Source: Polyangiaceae bacterium (GTDB taxonomy: Bacteria > Myxococcota_A > Polyangia > Polyangiales > Polyangiaceae). Taken from it: 64,000 nucleotides of DNA. Every line of letters begins with the position of its first letter. Within the stretch, counting starts at the first letter, position 1. The translations under genes were made by a program, and so were the position numbers. The notes under the pieces are model-generated. The model was not told where the DNA came from. It did no database searches and saw nothing but the letters and a program-made list of their open reading frames with translations. Location of the stretch: positions 1,024,001 to 1,088,000 of the forward strand of contig CBDCTZ010000015.1 in the NCBI GenBank assembly GCA_965222375.1, written 5' to 3'. Shown here piece by piece: positions 1 to 7,414 of the stretch.

Positions 1-1390
1 GCCTGCTCAACTCGGCCTTGCGATGTTGCTGCAGGCCGCGCTGCGTGTGCCCGACCACGAGGTGGTTGAGCTTACGTTGATGGATCGCCGCTGGCAAATG
101 GTGCTCAACTGTGCGGGAATCGAAGTGCCGCTCTTCTCGCAAGGCACGTTTTACAACTTTCGCCAGCGCGTCATTGCGCATGGGCTCGACGAGCTGCTCT
201 TCAACAAGACGGTCGAACTCGCACGCGAGACGGGCGGATTCAGTGCAACGCACCTGCGTGCTGCATTCGACGCCAGCCCACTATGGGGCGCGGGTCGCGT
301 CGAGGACACCTTCAATCTCATCGGGCGCGCCTCGCTACACGTCGTTCGCACGGCAGCGCGGCGGCTCGGTCAACCCGTCGACAAGGTCGCGGCTGCTGCG
401 GGGATCCCAGTACTCAACGCCACCAGCATCAAGACAGGGCTCGACATCGACTGGGACGACCCTGGGGCGCGCACCAAGGCGCTCGGTCGACTGCTCAAGC
501 AGGTACAGTCACTCGGCCGCTTTCTCGAAAAAGAGCTGACGAAACCGCTGAAAGAAGCGCCGCTGGCCGGGCAGTGGGCACTGGTGGAAAAGCTCGTCTC
601 GCAGGACACCGAGCCCGATCCAGACGGGGACGGAGGGAGCCGGATCACACGCGGCGTGGCGAAGGACCGACGCATTAGCGTGAGTGACCCCGACATGCGT
701 CATGGCCGCAAGAGCAAGAAGAAACGCATCGACGGCTACAAGCGACACATCGCGATACAGCTCGATACGCCCGGCATCATCTGCGCCGTCGCGATCACCC
801 CCGCGAATCGTCCTGAACGTGTCGCTTCGGCAGAATTACTCGAACAGTGCGGCTCCGTTTCAGAACTCTACATCGATCGAGGCTACCTTGGCGACGATGC
901 GATCGAATCCCGTCGCGCCGAAGGAACAGAGGTTTTCTGCAAACCGTTTCCGTTGCGCAACGGCGGGCGCTTCACCAAGGCCGATTTCAAGCTCGATCTG
1001 GCTGCGGGAATCGCCCGTTGTCCCGAAGGCGTTGCGGTTAAAGCGAGCGCTGGCTCCGTCGCTCGCTTCCCAGCTGCCCGCTGCGATGTATGTCGCAGCC
1101 GCGACGACTGCACGCGCGCCGCCCCGGGGCGTGGCCGCAGCGTCACGCTACACCCCCATGAGCCCTTCCACATCCAGCTGCGCGAAAACGCCCGCACGCG
1201 CGAAGGCCGCGCCCGCCTTCGCAAGCGTACTGCCGTCGAACACAGCCTCGCGACCCTGCATAACCGCCAAGGCGACCGTGCTCGCTACCGTGGTCAGCGC
1301 AACAACCTCTTCGACCTCCGCCGGCACGCTGCTCTCAGCAACCTGAGCGTTATCGATCAGTTGCGAGTTGCCGCTTAAGTGGTCAGGCCC
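1..1390 (+). mobile_element. IS1182-family insertion sequence, right part (left end outside window)
   Basis: DDE transposase ORF followed by a putative terminal IR TAAGTGGTCAGGCCC (1376-1390) and a CTAG (1391-1394) that fits a target site; the exact end is inferred. Confidence 0.75.
23..1378 (+). CDS. IS1182-family DDE transposase (probably 5'-truncated by the window edge)
   Basis: DUF772-like N-terminus (FSQGTFYNFRQR), AFDAS, DPDMRHGRKS..GYKRH, IDRGY, Cys-rich CP/C..C..R..CT, R...VEH motifs. Confidence 0.9.
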   Translation: MLLQAALRVPDHEVVELTLMDRRWQMVLNCAGIEVPLFSQGTFYNFRQRVIAHGLDELLFNKTVELARETGGFSATHLRAAFDASPLWGAGRVEDTFNLIGRASLHVVRTAARRLGQPVDKVAAAAGIPVLNATSIKTGLDIDWDDPGARTKALGRLLKQVQSLGRFLEKELTKPLKEAPLAGQWALVEKLVSQDTEPDPDGDGGSRITRGVAKDRRISVSDPDMRHGRKSKKKRIDGYKRHIAIQLDTPGIICAVAITPANRPERVASAELLEQCGSVSELYIDRGYLGDDAIESRRAEGTEVFCKPFPLRNGGRFTKADFKLDLAAGIARCPEGVAVKASAGSVARFPAARCDVCRSRDDCTRAAPGRGRSVTLHPHEPFHIQLRENARTREGRARLRKRTAVEHSLATLHNRQGDRARYRGQRNNLFDLRRHAALSNLSVIDQLRVAA

Positions 1391-2755
1391 CTAGTAGTGG
1401 ATGACGAACCTGGCATGCTCGAGGTGTGTGCCGACACGCTGGAAGCGCTGCCCAACGTGGAGATCGTCACGGAAACAAGTGGCGCAAAGGCTCAGGCGCT
1501 GCTGCAGAGCGATCACTTCGACCTCTTCGTGACGGACATCAGGATTCCCGACGTCGATGGCATCCAGTTGCTTCGGGAGTTGAAGCAGTTCTCCCCTTCA
1601 ACGCCGGCGATCGTGCTCACGGCCTACCCGATGGTGGACACGGCGGTTGCGAGCATGAAGCTCGGCGCAGCCGACTACCTGACCAAGCCGTTCCGAACGA
1701 ACGATCTACTCGTGCTGGCCAAACACCTGCTGGAAGCCAGCCGATTAGGGGAGGAAAACCGTCTGTTGCGCAGGCAGATGGAGCGCGTGCATACCTTCGA
1801 CGACTTTGTCGGCTCGAGCCTGGCGATGCAAAAGGTGTACGAGACCATCGACCGAGTAGCGAAGACCGACGCCGATATCCTCGTTCTTGGTGAAACCGGT
1901 ACCGGCAAGGATCTCGTGGCCAGAAGCGTACACCAACGCAGCACGCGCTCGAACGCGCGCTTTGTGCCCCTCGACTGCGGCGCCATCCCGGACAATTTGT
2001 TCGAGTCAGAACTCTTCGGACACGAGCGAGGTGCCTTCACCGGGGCGGACAGCCGCAACCTCGGCTTGCTCGAGTACGCAAGCGGCGGCACCTTTTTTCT
2101 GGACGAAATCGCCGAGTTGCCCCTGCTCGTCCAGGCCAAGCTGCTGCGGGTACTTCAAGATCGAAAGGTCAGACGCCTTGGAGGCAAACAGCAGGTCGAA
2201 GTCGACGTGCGCATCGTCGCAGCCACGAGCGCCAACTTGGCGCAAATGGTGGACGAGAAGAAGTTTCGCGACGACCTCTACTATCGGGTGAACGTCGCGT
2301 GCATCGAGCTGCCACCACTGCGAGAACGAGCGACGGACATTCCAGAACTCGCCCGTCATTTCTTGAATCGGTATGCACCCAAAGAACTCCGCGACGAAGT
2401 CTCCATCGACTCGGATGCAATGGAGGTGCTCAGCCGATACCGCTGGCCGGGGAACGTGCGACAGCTCCAGAACATCATCCGACGGACCCTCGCGTCCATG
2501 AACGGTACCTCGGTGACAACCGATGACTTGCCGGATGAACTCGTCATCCGTGCGGATGGCAGCTCCGTACCCAATGAGGGTTTCTTCGCTCTGCGTGCGC
2601 AGAAAATGGATGCCTTCGAGCGCGACTATCTCGAGAACCTCTTGCAGCACTCGGGGGGAGATGTGACCCGGGCGGCCAAAGACGCCCAGCTGCCCCGCGG
2701 CACGTTCTATCGTTTGCTCAAGAAACACGGCGTCTCGCCCGCGTCCTATCGTTGA
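1379..2755 (+). CDS. Sigma54-dependent NtrC-family response regulator (REC-AAA+-Fis HTH); first codons IS-derived
   Basis: VVDDE, FVTDIRIP, ADYLTKPF; GETGTGKD, ESELFGHERGAFTGA, FLDEI, WPGNVRQL; C-terminal HTH. Confidence 0.95.
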   Translation: MVRPLVVDDEPGMLEVCADTLEALPNVEIVTETSGAKAQALLQSDHFDLFVTDIRIPDVDGIQLLRELKQFSPSTPAIVLTAYPMVDTAVASMKLGAADYLTKPFRTNDLLVLAKHLLEASRLGEENRLLRRQMERVHTFDDFVGSSLAMQKVYETIDRVAKTDADILVLGETGTGKDLVARSVHQRSTRSNARFVPLDCGAIPDNLFESELFGHERGAFTGADSRNLGLLEYASGGTFFLDEIAELPLLVQAKLLRVLQDRKVRRLGGKQQVEVDVRIVAATSANLAQMVDEKKFRDDLYYRVNVACIELPPLRERATDIPELARHFLNRYAPKELRDEVSIDSDAMEVLSRYRWPGNVRQLQNIIRRTLASMNGTSVTTDDLPDELVIRADGSSVPNEGFFALRAQKMDAFERDYLENLLQHSGGDVTRAAKDAQLPRGTFYRLLKKHGVSPASYR

Positions 2756-2915
2756 GACACTCGGCGTCCCACGCGCGAGACAGTTATCACGCACGGGACA
2801 CCGTGGAGAGCCCAACAAGGTGAGTTGCGCAAGAGTTGCGCACAGTTCCGCGGCCTTTTTGAGCCCCGCCGCAGACCTTTCGGACAGCGCGCGCACCGCA
2901 CAGTCGCTGAGAATG

Positions 2916-2932
2916 TCGGCATCGCGCTTGCT
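2916..2932 (+). promoter_or_regulatory. Sigma54 (-24/-12) promoter for the cytochrome/cupredoxin operon
   Basis: TCGGCATCGCGCTTGCT: GG 2918-2919, 10 nt, GC 2930-2931; close to TGGCAC-N5-TTGCW; RBS GAAAGGA before ATG 2960; adjacent to an NtrC gene. Confidence 0.75.
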
Positions 2933-2959
2933 TAGGTCGAGGGTTCGAAAGGACACGCG

Positions 2960-4270
2960 ATGCCTAAACGTGATTCAACTTCACTTCGTCAGCGATTCGC
3001 GCTGACCCTCGTCCTCGGGACCGCCGCTTTCTTGGCGTTCCTGACCAGCAGCGTGCCGAACGCATGGGGCGTTCCGGCGTTTGCCCGCAAGTACAAGACG
3101 AGTTGCCAGACGTGTCACACGGTGTTTCCACGACTGACCGCGATCGGTGACGCTTTTCGAATGAACGGGCATCGCTTTCCCGAGTGCGACGCCCAGCAAG
3201 TGAAGGATGAGCCCGTCAGCTTGGGGGCGGACGCCTACAAGGAGCTCTGGCCGAGCGAAGCCGTTTGGCCCGGCGAGCTGGCCGGCACAGCCCCAATTGC
3301 AGTAGTCGCGAAGATGCGCGCGACCGCCTTCGAGAAGGATGCGGAACAAACCAGCCACTTTGCCGGGCTCAACCCTTGGGCAGATGTCTACGTAGCGAGC
3401 ACGCTCGGTGAAAACGTGTCCGTCATGGGCAAGTTCCAACTCAATGGGCCGTCTTGTCAGAACTGCCACAACTGGGCAGCCGTCACGTTTCAGGTCCTGA
3501 AGAACACAACAATCAAAGTCGGTCGCTTCCAACCGGACTTCTTCAACTTTCATCAGCAGCCGTTCTTCGAGATGCACGAGTTGTTCGGACCGCAGCGGCG
3601 CGTCGGGGCAAACGCCTGGAACTATGGCAAGGATGTGGGGATCGAAGCTGCCGGCATTGTGGCGGGTCGAATGCGAGTGGTCACTGGTGTGATGGAAGGC
3701 CAGGACGACTTCAATCAGCCCTATCGGTCGAAGAATGGCTATCTGCGCATCGCGTACAAACTCGGCGGCTCGCGGATGGATGGTGCGACCCAGGAAGGCT
3801 ACGAGGCACCAACGAAGAACTGGCAGGACCGCTCGCTGAAGTTCGGTGTCCTCGGCTACTTGGGCTCGTCACGGCTGCAATCCAACAACGCAATTGGCAG
3901 CCAGGTAACGATTGACGATGGGTTCTGGGTCCTTGGCGGAGACTTCAACCTCATGTTCGATGATTGGACCCTGTACGGGGGGGCGTTTGCCGAGAGGCAC
4001 GGCCGCCCGACGGGTACTGACGAGAATATCTGGGTCGAGCGCTGGTTTGGTGGCTTGAGATACGTCGCCATGCCCTCATTCGTGCCCAGTCTCATGTTCG
4101 ATTACTTCAACTCGGAACTTCCCGGCGACTACACGTATCAAATCCGACCGCGCCTCGAAGTTCTGGTCCGCGCCAACGTCAAGGCACGAGTCGACGCTGC
4201 GTGGACACGCCCGGTCGGAGACTCTCTGGCATTCCGTAACCTACAGGTACTTCTCGATGTTGGTCTCTAA
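2960..4270 (+). CDS. Cyc2-like fused cytochrome c / outer-membrane beta-barrel protein
   Basis: Signal peptide, then VPAFARKYKTSCQTCH..FPRL...G..F...G (Cyc2 N-terminal signature); second CQNCH; amphipathic beta-strand pattern in the C-terminal part. Confidence 0.75.
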   Translation: MPKRDSTSLRQRFALTLVLGTAAFLAFLTSSVPNAWGVPAFARKYKTSCQTCHTVFPRLTAIGDAFRMNGHRFPECDAQQVKDEPVSLGADAYKELWPSEAVWPGELAGTAPIAVVAKMRATAFEKDAEQTSHFAGLNPWADVYVASTLGENVSVMGKFQLNGPSCQNCHNWAAVTFQVLKNTTIKVGRFQPDFFNFHQQPFFEMHELFGPQRRVGANAWNYGKDVGIEAAGIVAGRMRVVTGVMEGQDDFNQPYRSKNGYLRIAYKLGGSRMDGATQEGYEAPTKNWQDRSLKFGVLGYLGSSRLQSNNAIGSQVTIDDGFWVLGGDFNLMFDDWTLYGGAFAERHGRPTGTDENIWVERWFGGLRYVAMPSFVPSLMFDYFNSELPGDYTYQIRPRLEVLVRANVKARVDAAWTRPVGDSLAFRNLQVLLDVGL

Positions 4271-5552
4271 GTCAATCCACGCTTGGTGCTCAACAGCGCT
4301 CACCGCGCTCGCGATAGGCGCCGTCTCCAGCTGCCTACCGGCAGAGCCCGAGGGCGAGCTTGGCGCGCCGACTCTCGCAAGCGTGCAATCCCTAATCTTC
4401 ACGCCGAAGTGCTCCTTTGCCGACTGTCACGGCGGCCCAACACCTCGACAGGGCATGAGCCTCGAACCCGGCAAGTCGTTTCCATCCACTGTGAACGTAG
4501 CGGCAGTGGAAGCGCCCTTGCTTCGAATCAATCCAGGCAACCCCGACAAGAGCTACCTGGTGGCGAAGATCGAAGGGCGCCATCGTGAGGTTGGTGGCTC
4601 CGGGGAGCGAATGCCCTTGGGTTTCGCGGCGCTCTCGTCTGCGGAGATCAAACTCGTCAGGGACTGGGTGACCAACATGGGCAAAGCCCTGGCCGCACCA
4701 CCGAAGATCACAACGGTGACTCCACCCGCGGCGGCCGTTGGCGACTCGATTGTGATCGAGGGCGAAGGGTTCGGAGACGAACGCGGAGACGGCACTGTGA
4801 CCTTCGGAGAAACCGAAGCAACTTTCGTGGGCAACTGGTCCGCGGTCAAAATCGAAGCCATCGTTCCCCAAGGTTTGGCACCTGGCTCGGTCGACCTGGT
4901 AGTCACTGTCGACGAAAAGGCAAGTGACGCGTTTGCTTTCAACGTCATCACCGAGAAGCTCCCGAGTGTCATCTCGGTCACGCCCGATGTCGGCCCGGTG
5001 GGTGCAACCATCGAAATCAAAGGTTCGAACTTCGGCAGCACCCAGGGCAGCAGCACGGTAACTTTCGGCGGCACGGAGGCGACCACGATCGGTTCCTGGT
5101 CAGACACCTCGATTTCTGCCGATGTGCCAAGCGGAGCAACCTCTGGCGACCTCGTTGTCACGGTGGGCGGAAGCGCCAGCAATGCCACCCAGTTCTTCTT
5201 CCTCGAGCCCACACTCTCGAGCCTGCAGGCTGGCATCTTTACGCGACGTTGTGCACTCAGCGCCTGCCACGGTTCAGCAACTCCCCCGCCCCAGGCCTGC
5301 GCACCTCAACCTGGTCTGTCCTTCGTAGACGGACAGACTCACGCAAGCTTGGTCGGCGTAGACAGCTGCGGCGTGCCCGGCACGATGCGCGTCAACGCGG
5401 GAAGCCGAGCGCAGAGCTTCCTGATCGACAAGATCAGCAACGCCACTCCCGCCGCAGGAGATCAAATGCCTGCTGACGGCTCTCCGCCCCTATCGGCGGA
5501 GGTGATTGAGGTGATCGGTCTCTGGATCGATCAAGGTGCCAAGAACGATTGA
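4257..5552 (+). CDS. Lipoprotein with two CX4CH c-type cytochrome-like domains flanking two IPT/TIG domains
   Basis: Lipobox VSSC; CSFADCH...RMP and CALSACH...QMP; two ITTVTP/VISVTP..G..I.I.G..FG IPT repeats. Confidence 0.7.
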   Translation: MLVSKSIHAWCSTALTALAIGAVSSCLPAEPEGELGAPTLASVQSLIFTPKCSFADCHGGPTPRQGMSLEPGKSFPSTVNVAAVEAPLLRINPGNPDKSYLVAKIEGRHREVGGSGERMPLGFAALSSAEIKLVRDWVTNMGKALAAPPKITTVTPPAAAVGDSIVIEGEGFGDERGDGTVTFGETEATFVGNWSAVKIEAIVPQGLAPGSVDLVVTVDEKASDAFAFNVITEKLPSVISVTPDVGPVGATIEIKGSNFGSTQGSSTVTFGGTEATTIGSWSDTSISADVPSGATSGDLVVTVGGSASNATQFFFLEPTLSSLQAGIFTRRCALSACHGSATPPPQACAPQPGLSFVDGQTHASLVGVDSCGVPGTMRVNAGSRAQSFLIDKISNATPAAGDQMPADGSPPLSAEVIEVIGLWIDQGAKND

Positions 5553-5561
5553 GAGGAGACA

Positions 5562-6401
5562 GTGGTGAAATCGCTCAAGCCCATCGGGTTCAGGAACCTC
5601 GGAATCATCGCGGCGCTACTCGGCTACGCCGCATGTGGCCCGAACGCGTCTGGCAGCTGCCCGACACCAACCACGGGCGCGGCGGAAATGGCGCAAGCGG
5701 AAAGTGCGCCCGAGGAGGCTGAACTCGAGGAAGAAGCCTCCGCGCCTGGCCCAGGTAAGGACATCGAGGTCGCCAAGAGCGATAGCCCTACCGCCGCCAA
5801 GGAGCCGGGCAAGGAGGGCGAAAAACCCGGGACGGACGCCAAGGCGTCGGCGGCGGGGGCTGCGGCGCCTGCAGCGACGGGCGAGAAGTACAACATCGTT
5901 GGGACGGTGCTCAACGGCACCAAGCCCGTCAAATACGCCGTGGTGTACCTGGAAGGGGCTCCAATCGAGAAGAAGCGCGGCATGAAGGCTTTTGTCGATC
6001 AGCGTCGAATGCTGTTCATGCCCTACATCACCGCAGTCGCTGAAGGCGGCGCTGTTACCTTCATGAACAGCGATCCATTTCCGCACAATGTCTTTTCACC
6101 CAGCGGTGAGAAGTTCAACCTCGGCACCATCCCTAAAGGCGGCGGCGGTCGCTATCGGTTCAAGAAGCGAGGTGCGTACACGCTGCTCTGTAACGTTCAT
6201 CCGGGAATGCTCGGTTACGTCTACGTAACCCCCTCCAGCTACTTCGCAACGGCGAACGCCAAAGGACGATTCAAGATCAAGAAAGTCCCCGAGGGTAAGT
6301 ACAAGATTGCGGCTTGGGCCCCAAAGATGGGCGGCCCGTCCAAGGCGGTAACTGTCAAGGGTGGCGAAGCCAGCGTCGACGTCGAGTTGTCGAAGCAGTA
6401 G
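5562..6401 (+). CDS. Cupredoxin-domain lipoprotein with carboxypeptidase-regulatory-like domain
   Basis: Lipobox YAAC; type-1 Cu ligands PHNVFS...CNVHPGM; GRFKIKKVPEGKY. Confidence 0.8.
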   Translation: MVKSLKPIGFRNLGIIAALLGYAACGPNASGSCPTPTTGAAEMAQAESAPEEAELEEEASAPGPGKDIEVAKSDSPTAAKEPGKEGEKPGTDAKASAAGAAAPAATGEKYNIVGTVLNGTKPVKYAVVYLEGAPIEKKRGMKAFVDQRRMLFMPYITAVAEGGAVTFMNSDPFPHNVFSPSGEKFNLGTIPKGGGGRYRFKKRGAYTLLCNVHPGMLGYVYVTPSSYFATANAKGRFKIKKVPEGKYKIAAWAPKMGGPSKAVTVKGGEASVDVELSKQ

Positions 6402-6414
6402 AGGAAGGTGTGTT

Positions 6415-7401
6415 GTGAACAAATTCCTTCTTGGGTGTTTCCTAGCAATCGCAGCGGGTGGATGCGCGGAGGTCGAACTCACTGGTGAAGATGACGCTAC
6501 GGGCGGAGCCAGCAGCGACGCGGGGGCCGACTCCAACAGCGACAGCAGCGCTCAGGGCGGCGCGGGCGCAGGAGGCGCGGGCGGCGGCGCGGCCACTGCT
6601 GGCGCCGGAGGGAGCGCCGGCTCAGCGGGTGCCGGAGGCCAAGCGGGTCAGGACTCCGGCGCTGCGCCGACCTGCACTGACAAGCTGAAAAACGGGAGCG
6701 AAAGCGACGTCGATTGCGGCGGCTCCTGTCCGACCTGTGCCAACGGCAAGACCTGCAACGACGGTGGCGACTGCACCTCCGCCTATTGCAACGCCACATG
6801 CCAACCGCCTCCAGCGGCGTGTTCCGACAAGGTCAAGAACGGCTCGGAAACCGACGTCGACTGCGGCGGTTCGTGCCCGAAATGTGCAATTGGCAAGAAG
6901 TGCGTCGGTAATCCCGATTGCCAGTCTGGAAACTGTGTCGGCACGACCTGTCAAGCTGCGCCGCCGTCCTGCACCGACAAGATCAAGAACGGATCGGAGA
7001 CTGACGTCGACTGCGGCGGCTCGTGTCCCAAGTGCCAGAGCGGCAAGGCATGCTCAGGCAACACCGATTGCACAAGCGGACAGTGCGCAGGCACGTCATG
7101 CGCCTGGGTAGTGATCGTCGCGCCAAACGGCAACAACACATTCAGTCCCAAGTCCCTCACCATCGCCACAGGAGACACGGTGCGTTGGGTTTGGGAGGAG
7201 AAGGGACACACCGTCACCGGAGGGTCCGGTTGCGGAGACTACAGCCCGGGCTGGTGCTCCATGAACAACTCCAACTGTCAATCGGCTCCGACGTCGGATG
7301 AATTCGCAACCTACGACCGCACGTTCCCGACCGCGGGGACCTTCCCATATTACTGTCGCCCGCACTGCGGAAACATGAAGGCCACCGTCACGGTGCAATG
7401 A
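6415..7401 (+). CDS. Lipoprotein with three Cys-rich repeats and a C-terminal plastocyanin/azurin-type cupredoxin
   Basis: GTG 6415 after GAGGAAGG; lipobox AGGC; 3x C.DK.KNGSE.DVDCGGSCP; HTVT...YYCRPHCGNM. Confidence 0.8.
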   Translation: MNKFLLGCFLAIAAGGCAEVELTGEDDATGGASSDAGADSNSDSSAQGGAGAGGAGGGAATAGAGGSAGSAGAGGQAGQDSGAAPTCTDKLKNGSESDVDCGGSCPTCANGKTCNDGGDCTSAYCNATCQPPPAACSDKVKNGSETDVDCGGSCPKCAIGKKCVGNPDCQSGNCVGTTCQAAPPSCTDKIKNGSETDVDCGGSCPKCQSGKACSGNTDCTSGQCAGTSCAWVVIVAPNGNNTFSPKSLTIATGDTVRWVWEEKGHTVTGGSGCGDYSPGWCSMNNSNCQSAPTSDEFATYDRTFPTAGTFPYYCRPHCGNMKATVTVQ

Positions 7402-7414
7402 GGGGGAAACCGCC

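Noticed and set aside
2006..2956. 316-aa minus-strand ORF
   Set aside because: Antisense to the NtrC gene; no recognisable domain
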